Source: Pelomyxa schiedti (taxonomy: Eukaryota > Protista > Evosea). Taken from it: 32,402 bases of DNA. The position numbers and the translations under genes are program-made. How positions within the stretch are numbered: the stretch's first letter is position 1; each line of letters opens with the position of its first letter. Under the pieces are notes generated by a model that was not told the origin of the DNA, ran no database searches, and saw only the letters and a program-made list of their open reading frames with translations. Shown here one piece after another: positions 13,100 to 24,740 of the stretch. The stretch spans positions 1 through 32,402 of the forward strand of contig JAHLWZ010000297.1 of NCBI GenBank assembly GCA_020536535.1. The letters run 5' to 3'.

Positions 13100-13347
13100 A
13101 CAGCGCTCTCACACCTGGCTCCATCCCATCGCCCCCTTTCCGTTTGCGAATTGTGAAATACAAACACCCATTTTTGGAACAATTCCAGTGGAATTCTAGA
13201 AGTTACCGTACACTGACGTGTCACCTTGACACGCCCGACCGTCAGGGAATCCCGCGACAATTTGACCCATCTAGATCTCATTCCGTTGTCCTTGTCGTTC
13301 CATGCTGTAACAACAAACAATCACAACTAATAACAATAAGCCACGCT

Positions 13348-14084
13348 ATGGCAGCAAATAGTAGCACCCCCACAACACTGGAACAACAAACACCAGAAAC
13401 GGCAACGACAACGGTAACGGCGACGGCGGCAGGGACCACAACCACAACACCACCAACAACGGCAGTGGCTACATTCAGTGTAGATAGTAGTGGGGCTGAC
13501 ACCCCAACAAAGAAGAAGAGGAGAACATCGCTGTGCCTCAGGCCAAAAACAGAGGCCTGCATGGTGGTTATCTTCGGCTTCCTAATGTATGTTTATCTTG
13601 GTCATACTCATGTTATTGTGGACATGAATCTCGCATTTGACCACACCCTAGGGGATTGATTGTTTTCTGCTGTGAAAGGAATGTGTACACACTGGCCTGG
13701 TCAATGCAGAGTTCTGTTGTATCATTTGCTTTCACGATGGTGAGTAATTTCTAAATCATCGCAGTTTTAATGAAATTCACAGACCTTTTCCGTTGTCATT
13801 CCGCTGATACAAGTGTTCACTAATGACGGGTCGCTGTGGTGGATTGTATACATAGGCGTCGGCTCCTTGTGGTTGACACTTGGAATCCTTATGCTATACA
13901 AGGCATGGACAAAAGGCGATGAGGAAGAATTCTGGGCTCTTCCTTTGATTGGTATCTAACTTTCAGTAAAGAAGGAGAACTAAACCACATCACAGGCAAA
14001 TTTGCGTTGAAGCAGGCACATAAGAGAATAGATAAGAAGGCGGCACAGAAAGAAGCAAAGAAAGCAAGGAAGAGTAGTGTATAA
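13348..14084 (+). CDS. DUF4870/Tic20-like small membrane protein, paralogue 2, with a Thr-rich N-terminal extension
   Basis: RTSLCLRPKTEACMVVIFGFL|GLIVFCCERNVYTLAWSMQS...ILMLYKAWTKGDEEEFWALPLIG|KFA. Same three intron positions as paralogue 1. Confidence 0.72.
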
Positions 14085-14231
14085 GTAAAACCGGAAACCG
14101 GCTTGTTTAAAGAGTAACAGTTTTGTTGAAATGGGTTTTTTTTGGCAAATTTGTTAACTTTGGCTATTTGTAGTGCGGTAATGTTGGTGCTTGAGGGTGC
14201 AAGGAGAGCAGCTTTCAAGAGTGCATTGCGA

Positions 14232-15162
14232 TTAAGGAAGACCTTGGTTGCTAGCCTTGGCTGCTTCAAATTCCTTCTTGAAGATGCCCGCATCTTCAAC
14301 TTTGTCAGACAAGTGAAGAAAAGAAAACGAATATCATTATCAGATAATCGCAGGTACACACTCTCTGTTGTGCCGAAGCGAATAGCAAAAACTTCCTTTG
14401 TTGGTGGTTCCTGACTGTAATCAGCTGGGCAAGTCCAGACCTATTTGTGGTGAGATGATCATACAACGTATTGCAGGGAGATATACCCATGACTTGTCAC
14501 TGCCGCAGTTAGCTTCCAGTTCGTAGGCGGGTGAAACTGTTTTATTTGTCGGTATGTAGTCAGATAAAAGGAAGCTGCTCACCATAGTGATTGAGGCACA
14601 ACTTAAGAGTCTTCTCACGTCTCATCAAGAGGCGGATTTTCTTCGTGTCTCTATCCTTCATGAAGCGGACATCACCCAAACCCCTCTCCTTCCACTCGCC
14701 AGCATCAAATCGGTAAAGTTTCGCACGTCTAATGTTTTGATTAATTCAGCAATTGAGTAACGGGAGTAAAAGCTATACACACATTTTGAGCAGGCAGTCC
14801 TCGTTCTCTTCGTTTGTGACAACCTTAACCTCGTTCAGGCGCACAACCGGCTCGAAGTGTACATTGGATTCTCTCTCAGCCTCAGCAGCGTCGTCGTGTT
14901 CACCTTCCTCAACCGTTCCCGACGCCGGCGTTGTTGCAGTAGGTGCTGTTACTGTTGCGCCGAACAGAGGTGTGGCCGAAAACAGGGGTGTTGCAGAAAA
15001 CAGCGGTGCGGCGGCGAACAACGAAGGCGTCGGTGTGGGTGTTGTCGTTGTTGGCTTTGTGTCGGTCGTAGTTGCCTTTACTGCGGGTGTTGTTTCCTTA
15101 GTTGCTGGTGTCGCAGTTTCGGGTGTCGCCTTGGTCTTGTCGTCGGCCGCTGTTCCGGACAT
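14232..15162 (-). CDS. RANBP1: Ran-binding protein 1 family (RanBD) with a Thr/Pro-rich N-terminus
   Basis: [75 protein letters not shown] and FKKEFEAAK are canonical RanBD motifs. The stop position is tentative. Confidence 0.9.
14958..15025 (-). repeat. 18-nt coding tandem repeat ([24 protein letters not shown])
   Basis: Visible in both DNA and translation of RanBP1 exon 1. Confidence 0.8.
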
Positions 15163-15300
15163 CTTGCCTCGAGATCTTTGATTAAATTTATTTTCTGCAG
15201 GGCAATTGCTACAAAATTTGATCTGTTACTAGTCCTCAGTACCACTTGGGCAGTAAAAAAGAAAGATAGAGAAGCACGAGGTGGGTGAGGAAACAATGAT

Positions 15301-16739
15301 TTAGTTGTTACTAAAGAGGGCAACAAGAGCAACAATGACAATGATGGCAAGAGCCAAGGCAATAACTAACTTCTTGGAAGTGATTAGCCTCCACACAGCT
15401 GACCTCAGTGCCCACCCTCTGTTTGGTGCGATGTGAGTTTTATTAAACAAAGAATAATGCTCGGGTAAGCTACCTCATTTCCCATCGGTTCCAGTTATTG
15501 TCTCCCTCTGAATTCAAGTGGAGATAAGATACAAAGTTGTGCTGAGAGGTGGTACCTGTAACGTTTTCCTTCCGGAATTTCCAGAACTGTTTGTGCCTCA
15601 TATTTTGCACATAAAGTGCATCCGCCGGACAGTTTGCTACACATGCCGTGCACTAGAAAATGTGAGATTCGATTCAAAAAAAAAAAAAACTTACAGCAGC
15701 ACAGGAGTCGCTCTTCCAAACAGGAAAGTCCCCTCTGGAAAAAGATATGGAGTTGGTTGGGCATGACACCGAACACTTCCCGCACTTGAGACACTTGCTT
15801 GTATCACAAAGTATTGCTGGAACGCAAATTCTTCGGAACTGTGGCAACATGAGAAGGGAAAATTACGGCCTTGCTGTACCTTTCTGGCTAGCCCCTTGTC
15901 CTTTTCAATGCTCCGGATATGAGACGTGGCACCTTCCTGGGCTTGATTCACTGGCTGTGATCGTTCATCCAGGAAGTATTGTTGCAGTTGAACCCCGAGC
16001 TTTTTTCCATAAGCAGTGGCAGTCTCAATTGAGTTGGAACCCCACAGTAGCTGTTTTGGCCTGGTTGGTAGGCACCATACAAAAGAGTCAGGGCAAGGAG
16101 CCATCGCCCACTGAGACAGAATAGGTTTCACTCCAGCCCTCGCGAGTGATTCAGCGAGAGTAGCATTGCACGAGCCAATAGATGTTCCTGCTGTGGAAAA
16201 CACAAAACCCGGCTTCCCAGAAACAAGTGCCGGTGGTAACTAACAGCATTAGAAAGATAATTTAATATAAAGACATTAACAAAAGATAGCACCTACAATC
16301 CCCCGTACTAAAGACAATTCCAAAAGTAGTTGCACAACAAAGCATCACGCACCCCCACTAACCACTTACAACACAACATAACATAACATACATCACACAA
16401 GAACTGAGATATTCCACCAGCGGCGTTCATTGCTACGCACAATGTCCCACACCCAACAACGTGCGCCCAAGATAGCGCCTCAGCCAGTGCTTGCGTCCCA
16501 CAATTCTGTGGCGCCGGCGGTCCCCCGTAGTACATCTCCTTGATCACCGGCACAATCCCAAAAACCCTCGTCGTGAACGCCCTTCCATCGCCCCCACTCC
16601 CACCTCCATTTTTGACGGATTCGAGAGCGTGAGCGATTTTGTCGGCGGCGTGCCGTGTGTTGCCTGTGAGGCTGTAGCACAGAATCACAACGTGACACGA
16701 CGACCTCCCATCATCGCCATTGGTTTGGGTTTGTTGCAT
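15301..16739 (-). CDS. flavodoxin + 2x[4Fe-4S] ferredoxin fusion (EFR1-like) with a predicted C-terminal TM anchor
   Basis: FMN phosphate loop YSLTGNT and strand GFVFSTAG. After splicing: CLKCGKCSVSCP and CAA|CTACVANCP. Last exons read EGDNNWNRWEMR|GWALRSAVWRLITSKKLVIALALAIIVIVALVALFSNN*. Confidence 0.85.
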
Positions 16740-16952
16740 TCCACTGATGGGTCGCTGACCCTGTCCCTGCCTCGTTCCGTGCGTTCGCCGTTTTGGTTTT
16801 TCTTGGCCTTTTGTTTCGAAAAACAAGCGATGATGCTGCGATCACGGAATTGTTTGTTGGCAGACAACGAATTTCATTTGGGCTCTCTAGTGTGAGTCAC
16901 TGATAAATTTGAGCAACAGACAGGCCAGGCCTGGCTTTGGGACATCATCAGA

Positions 16953-19900
16953 TCACTCAGCCAATAGGGTTGCATTCTGAGGGAGTGACAGTAATGCAGC
17001 GTCGTCGAGTAGTTTGTTTGTGGTGGGGTCGCGCAGTGCCTTGAGCTTGGGGAGGTTGAACTGCTTCGATGACCTCTTGAGCACCTCGGCGACTGTGAGC
17101 TTGTTCCTCGGGCATTTGATTGGCTTCTTGACACCGGCTCTGACCCGGCATGACACTGTGAAGCAGGCCTCCCCCTTTTCCTTAGTTATGGGTGTGCTAC
17201 CGGGTGGTTTCCCTGATGATGCTGTGTTTTGGGGTGTGGTTGCTGTGGTTGTGGATGATAATGACGAAGAACTTGTGGTTGTGCTGGAATTGGAACTGGA
17301 ACTGGAACTTGTGGTTGTTGTTGCTGTTGTTGCTGTTGTTGGTGGTGGTGGTTGGGATGGCGGCTGCTGGTTGTGGAGAAGAGAGAGTGATTCTAGGTGA
17401 TAGTAGATTAGCATCAGTTCACACCAATAGTCTCTCTGCTCCTTGCTGCTGAAAACCGGGTTTCCGGTAGCTTCCAAAGTCAGTGGATCATGCCATTCGT
17501 CAGTAGGCTCCTTGTTTCCCGGGACAGGGTTAGGCGCCCAGAGTTTCCTTCTTTCGAAGGCTGTAGGGCCATCCCATAGGCATGGATACCGGAGTTTCAG
17601 GGGTCTTCCAAAGGCATCATTCAGCCAGGAGAGGTGAGCGATAGTAGTAGAGAGCAGGGATTCTACAGCGCAGAGGTTTGTGTCTAATATCTTTGGCGGG
17701 GATGATTTAGCAGTACTTGTTGAAGTTGTAATTGCTGCTGACTGTGGACTACTGTGTGTTGGAGTTGTGCCAATTACAGTAGTGGAGGAAGTGGTTGTTG
17801 AAGGTGTTGTTGTCTCGCTCCGAGTGGGCTTTGAAGTAAACTTGGGCACAGGTAAAAGTGAAAACAGGGATGCCTCAACAAGACCTCTTAATTGCTCTGG
17901 CATTTTCGCTCTTTCTTCGATGGAATTGCTGACAGTATGGAAAGAGGCAATATTCTTCTTCTGGTTGGTAACTACACGTAGAGGCAGATGTGGCAGAAGT
18001 TCGGAGAAAATTGCAACAGCAAGTTTCTTAAATCCGGTAGTATGATCCTTCTCGCACTCCAGGCAGAAAAAGGAAGGCTGAAAATGGCTCTGGAGAGCCG
18101 GGAAAAGAAGAAAGCACGCAGTAACCAAATGACCTGCAGAAGGGAGTTGCCTAAACTGTGGTGTTATCTGCTGAAAAAAGGTGAACGGCAGAAGTCCATC
18201 CGCTTTTTGAGAAAAGTAAGTTATATGTATTTGGGTGTGCTACCAACCTGATTTGAGAAGAGCAGGGGTAGTTGAACCATGTCCGATTCGCACAGGCATC
18301 TCGATCTCCTTCATCTTGTTTTCAGATGGTAAGAGTTCCACAACATTTATCGTGCGCTCAGAACTGCTCTCCGTGGCAGACCCGGGTGGTCTTGAATATG
18401 CAAAAAGTTCAGCGATTGCTTGCCTGACAGGCTTCAGGAGATACAAAGGTCCCGTAGGAGTTGAAAACTCCAACACGCTAGGATAACTATGCCATCTAGC
18501 AAGGAATGGCGACATTGCATCAGAAGAAATTGACCCGGTTGTGTATGGGTTCAACAGATCCCTCTGCTCAAGGACAGTAGCCTCCTCAGGCCAGTGGGGG
18601 AGAGGTCTGGACGCTGTAGTAAAAATGCTTCTCGATTTTGTAAAATTTTCAATGTTGATATCTGGATTTTCTGAGTTTCTGTAATTAACGTGAGCTGAGG
18701 AATATTGCTTAAGCTTACCTGACTATTTCATTGCGGAATTCTACTGAGTTTTCATCAAGAAGGCCATTCGGAAGTCGGGGTATACTTGTAGTACCCAAGA
18801 AGAGGGCAACAGCAATAGGGATCTTGAGCTTGCGGGTAGACAGCTTTGCCAAACTGGAGTGAAATGCAGTATTCTACTTCCTATTAGTGAAATCTTGGCC
18901 AATAGAGAAGACACCATTTCTTTCTTCCTGAAGTCGCATCCAGTGAGGACTGCTAAATCTATCATCCAACAAGGTTGGAATGAAGTTATCTTCTGTGGTA
19001 ATAAATGTGCAGGTGGATAAGGAGGTTGTGTGACATCCACGAGCTTTTTGGATTCAGCTAGTTGTCGCAAGTGGGTTGTCAATCCCCCTGCGGTGTGGTT
19101 GCGTGAATACATCACTCCTGTAGCCTCCCTTGCAGAGAAGGAATAGAGTGGTATATAAAAGCGATCAAAAATCTGTTGTATTGTCGGAACAGAAGGGAGC
19201 AGGAGGGAGATCAACCAAGAAATCAGAATCTTCAGAGAGAATTGCATAGTAATTTTCACTAGTGCAGAGGGCCACCATCTCAGAATCAGCTTCTCCGAAA
19301 GCTTGAATTATCCTGACCTGGGTTTCAGGGTTTTTGGCTACAAACTTTTTCACTTGGTACACCATAACTTCCCTGGAGTGTGTAAGCTTGATGATAAACT
19401 CAGAGTAAAAACCATACTCAACGAGCTCTGGCTTGAGTGTTGTTTGTAGTGCAAATTTGGGCTTGTCAACAGCATTTATCCGTCCCAGAATATGGTTGAA
19501 ATCAGAGGGGTCACCACTTTTCATGAAATTCCTAATGTCCTTGAACCTGTCGTTTTGACGATCAATTTCTTCTTGTCGCTTAATGGGGGGAATAAATCCA
19601 TCAAACACCTTGGGGAAAAGAGTGAGGTGAAGAAAGGAGAAAACTAAAAGCAAAAAAAAAGAGCCAATTGATACCAATATAAGTTTAATGTGATGAACCA
19701 GGGCCACACTGTGTAGCCATTGTTTCACAGCTTTTGCAAAGGCCCAGGTACTTCCACTCATGGCACAAAATTCAGCCTTGTGAGTAAAACCATCATCCCC
19801 ACCAAACATACTGGGCACAACCCAATCAGTAAGAGCCCCCCCACCCACCCACAATTAGGTTATGGCAGTGACCTACCTGCTCAATAGGTTGTAAATCAGC

Positions 19901-20125
19901 GCACTGGCGTCCACAACGAGGCTCTGTGTTATACCGACATTAGCGTAAAATCGTCATAGCATAGCCTGGCCCCTTGCGTGTCAGCGCTGCCACGCGACAA
20001 CAAAACCAACAAGAGGCAGGGAGGCCCATAATCCCATTATTGGGGCACACCTTGCCCGTGACACAGCACTGCGTGCCCACGTTGTGGATGTTACTTATTG
20101 CCCCCGTCAGTCCCTCAACCCCCAT
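16953..20125 (-). CDS. Asteroid/FAM120-like XPG-type PIN-domain nuclease family protein
   Basis: MGVEGL start, LVVDASAL, VFDG, AFGEADSEM, AILSEDSDFL|IFD and H3TH-like LAVLTGCDF. Several short introns link the ORF-track pieces. Confidence 0.8.
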
Positions 20126-20259
20126 CACCCTTTTTCTCACAACAAAATTCGGTTTCACGAACCGGAAATTCAATTTTTTGTGAGTCCCAAGTGTTACAAC
20201 AGGAGTTTGAATTGGGTGTAGTGCTGCTGTTTGTGTTTGTGTTTGTTGTGTGAGTCTAG

Positions 20260-22621
20260 TCACAGGGTCCATAGCCTGTCTCCTTTCCTTACAACAAAGA
20301 AGCAACCAATTGATAAGATGATGAGAGTGATGAGGCCCAAGGCATATGTGAGGTACCACCACTTATCCAGTGCGAGTCCAACCATCGCTGTGAATTCACT
20401 CATGCCCATAAAGGCAGTGATGAATGTGGGGATTCCCACGGCCAAGCCCAGTGCGTTCATGTTCTTGGTCATAATGGTCAGGTTTTTATCTACTATCGAG
20501 GCCCGTGAATCCATCAGCTCACTCAGTATCTAGGGTTGTTTAAGGTTATCTTTAGAAAGAGGTGACTTGTGGAACCTGGCTGTATACGCGAGCCATGTTT
20601 AGGCATTGGGCATTCTCAATAGAGACATCCTCTAGGAGGGCGTGCTGCAGTTGCGTAATTTTTAGCTTCTTTCGGACTTGTGGATCCATAAGCCTATTTA
20701 TTGCATGTGCTGTGCTGCTTAGAGCGGACATGTAATATACCAGTGACTTCTCGAGTGTGAAAAGCTTGAACAGTTGGGAGTTGTCAATGGATTTTGCCAG
20801 CTCGGCCTCAATTTTTTCACTGGAAGCGTTTATCAGACTGCAAAAAAGAAACCGGTAAGAAAAGGCAGAGAGAGCAGGAACCTCACCTGAGGTGCTCTTC
20901 AAAAGAAAAAATGGACCGGTATAGGAGCCGTATGACAACATCGGTCAGCGAATCTACATTATGGAAAAGGCTTCCTTCAAATAGTGGGAAAAAATCTCTC
21001 AAGACAACAATCAGCTTGTTGGTACAGAGAAAGATTCCGGCAGTTGCAACCTGGGACAACTGTCAACTAGAGATAAATAGTAAGTGGAAAACCTTGAAAA
21101 CGAAAGTTTCACCTGAGCGATACATCTGCGGCAATTTTATGACAAAAGCTGTGTGGTTATTTTTAAGTTCTATCCTGGCTAACTCATTGGGATCAAAGCA
21201 AGATTGCAGAGTGTGTAGATCAATTCCAAGTTTGTTCACCAGATCACCTCGCATCTCTATGTCTGGGTTCACCAGGCATATAATGTTTGGTGAATCACTA
21301 GCGGAAACTAAACTAGTATTTGCTTGTGCCACTCCAACAACGCATCTTCCCCATATCTTATAGCAACGTGTCAAGGTTTGTAAATCCAGTTCAATTTGTA
21401 ATTCCGCCATTTTTTTCTGGTGATAGGTACTCCGGTGCATGAGTACAATAGTGACAGTGCTCAGTACAGTGTAGGACAGAAATACACAAAATGTTATTGG
21501 GAGTATGTACTCTGCCCATATTTTCAGGGATTCTTTGACGTCAGGATGTCTCCAAAATCCAGAAAAAAACCTAATAAGTATTGGACCTTCGAAAGGGGAA
21601 CTGAAAGAAAAGACCCGATGGCAGAGGTAATGGCAGATAAGGCACCCAAGGTGAAAGTCCCATCTGGGAGGATGTGAGTTTACATTGAAGGCTTATCATA
21701 AATGTACAATAGAAAATAGGTCTCACATCAGGAGCAAGCTTTCTGTTCGTCATTATCACATATACGATCGCCGGTGTTGAGAAGAAAATTACAATGTTCA
21801 GGTAGCAAAATGAAAACCCTATTAGCTAGTCGGGAATAAGCACAATATATCTGTAATGGAGCACAGCGCCGGCACTACCATGCATAAAATGTTTGCAACG
21901 AGAACTCTCTTGAGAGAAGATGATTGTGCATCAGTTGGTACAGTGTCCCACGGTATTGGCTGAATTTGTTTTTGCTTCCTCGGAAGAACATCTTGGTCAT
22001 GCAATGATACAGTCACTCTTGTACCTTCCAATTCACCATCCACTCGCGTACTCACCTTAAATACAAAAAAAATGAAATGGGATTAGCCCTCCCCCCACGT
22101 GTCACACCCAACCCAACCCAATCACCCCACCACACCCCCACCCCACCCCACCACAGGACAGGCCATCGGTATAGACAACATACCACCACAGCGCTAGAAT
22201 ATTCGCCAGTGTCAGCCTCCGCCTCCGCCTCATCCACTTCCTCCTCCTCCTCCTGCTGCTGCTGCACCTCGTCATCATCGTCCTCCTCTCCCGATTCTCG
22301 CTGGTGCCCCACCACATTTCCGTGATCGCTGGGATGCCAGCAGGCCGCGGCGGCGGCGCTGCCCATCGCACACCCCTCCCCCTCTCCCTCTCCCTCCCTC
22401 TCACCTGCGTCCTCCCGCGACCCCGTTGGCCCATGCACACGGCCACGGCCACGGCCGCGCCCCTTGTGGTTGTCGCTGCCGCGGTGCCCCTCCTCCTCCT
22501 CCTCGTGTCTCCTTACAATGCCGGCGGCTCGTCTCTTGGACGGTGCTGCTGGTGGTGGGCCACTGCACGGGGCCACGGCTGCTGCCCCTGCGTCTCCCTC
22601 GCTGTTGTGATGATCGTGCAT
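20260..22621 (-). CDS. CorA-family divalent cation transporter (GMS motif) with an N-terminal acidic tail and ~4-TM module
   Basis: CorA part (20260-~21410): DPNELARIE, LFTLEKSLVYY, LLEDVSIENAQ, LMDSRASIVDKNL, IPTFITAFMGMSE, then TM2. The frame is open upstream of 21440 and splices in phase to exons up to ATG 22621. Confidence 0.8.
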
Positions 22622-22815
22622 CTGTGTTGTTTGTTGGTTGGTTGGTTGTTATGGGAATACAGTGTCACGTGGTGGATTCCAAGGAAGGACGTCGACGCAT
22701 GACGATACAGAGACTCGTAGCTTCTGTGATCGCCAAAGGAAAATTTTCGGTTTTCCCTGAAGGAAAGGTGCCCGATACGACAAAAACAACGAGTCGAGTG
22801 GCGTTGATGGTGGTG

Positions 22816-24223
22816 TTACTGCTTGGCGCGTGGTTTGGTGAACATTGCTAGGGAGAAGACCATCACGGAGGCAATGAGCACTGTGATGCTGAAGCCAAGC
22901 AGTATCTTGGCCACTAGGACATTGCCGCTGTTATCTCCGCTTGTTCCACAGTACACTGGCATGGCAACTGTGCGGCCGTTGAGTGCTTGTGTTCCTCGTA
23001 TGTTGGATGACAGTGTGATGGTGGCATTACCCTAGAAATTGGCCGGGATCAGCATAAAATGATTTGGTTAAAGAGGGCAATGAAAAAACGGGAAGTACCA
23101 ATTCCATAGACCATAACCCTTGGAGTTGGGCAACAGTAATATTGAGTGGGGAGTCGAAGACATACCAAGAAACAACTTCGCTGCAAGGTGGCTGATTATT
23201 GATAAGTTAACCCTAAAAAAAGAAGTAATTGCAAAGAACCTTTGTAATAGAACCGTTATATCGGTAGTAAAAAGAGGTATCCGGAAGAGCTTTGCGTGGT
23301 AACCAGTTGTAAACCATTGCGTTACTATTTGGCGTATGAAGAGCCCCGCTCACCTCGACTAATTTCTGTATCTCCGAGTTGGAGGAGTCGCTGACCTGAG
23401 GTTTGATTAAAATGAGAAGAGGAGAATTGCCAAAAGTACCTGTAGCAAAGCGGCTAAGATGCACAAGGCCCCTTGTTCCCCTGAATTGATTGCTTCATCG
23501 AAAGTGCTGAAGTCGGAACGCAGATGTGCAAAATGCACTTCCGCACCTGCATACAAAGATTGGGACGACGTAGTGTCCTTGAATATGTGTTCGGAGGCTG
23601 TGTTGGTGTCTCCCACGATCCAATGAAAGTTGACTTGGTAGAGGTTATATTCTACTTCTCCATCCCTCTTGTGACATATTAATATGGTCAAGGCAACAAA
23701 CCTAATAAATCATGTTTACCACTATAATAGATTGATTGGCGAATCCGGATAGTTGCACTTGAGAGCCAATATTCTCGGCCACAAGAGAAACAGGTGTATC
23801 ATAGCCGCTAAACCTGATGACTTCCTTGTCATCGACCACGCATCCTCCAATATCTCCCCCATGCAGTGCGTTATCCTGTTTAAAACAACGGAAACCACAT
23901 TAATTGCCGTCTTTCTCTAACCCATTTTCTCGCACTCGCAAATCCACGGCGATACATAAAACAACAAGAGTAGGACACACACACATCATGCATCATACAT
24001 ACGAGTTGGACGGGGACTGGGCGTCGCCGTTGCAACCCTCGTACACGTCGCCCCAATGTGATGGCCCCACCGCGTACCCCGCGTCCTCCTCGAACGTCCA
24101 CACGCTCATGAACCCCCCTGTCGCCCCCCTCGTCGTCGTGCTCCCCCCGGCTATCGGCCCCCCTGCCTGTATACACGCCGCCAACATCGCCACCACCACC
24201 CACATACTCACTGTCCCGCTCAT
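22816..24223 (-). CDS. alpha-carbonic anhydrase-like type I membrane protein, probably impaired or acatalytic
   Basis: Signal peptide; GPSHWGDVYEGCNGDAQSP; QVNFHW; SEH; EVHFAH; YYRYNGSITK|PPCSEVVSWYVF; NIRGTQALNGRTV; C-terminal TM. The 3' end could extend through a further intron. Confidence 0.85.
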
Positions 24224-24740
24224 GGTATTACGAGTCGATGCTGGACAACGGAGAAGTGCAGAAATGATTCCTTGAGCAATCCCTCACTTCGGACTTAGAC
24301 GAAGAGATTGAGCGGCACTCACAAGCGCGGCGTATACTCGAGTCTCCTCGAGCAGAACTCTGAGAGGAATTGATCACCTGTCGAACACATTTCGTGAACA
24401 ATCGCCCTCCGCTAAAAAAAAGTGTAGTGCCAGTTTTGTGTGTATTGCTTGCCCCAAAGGTGCGGTGTGGTGGGCGGCCGCTGTTGCACGTGATCAACAT
24501 GGTTGTTTGATCGATTGAACTGCCCGATTCGTCGCGTAAACACAGGTATTTGTGTGTTTCAAAATACACAAACAACAAAACAACCAGCGTTTGCTATCGG
24601 ATCGTATGACGACCGTAGGCGCAACGAAAACTACAACAACCACACACACCTACACGCACACAGGGAAACCGGAGCCCGATTGCCGATTACGATTATTACC
24701 ATGGGATTCGACACCTACTGCCACCACGACGACGCGCATC

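Noticed and set aside
14232-24223. Run of co-oriented minus-strand genes, some prokaryote-like, as an operon or contaminant
   Set aside because: All carry spliceosomal introns, are interleaved with RanBP1 and an Asteroid-like gene, and share no pathway.
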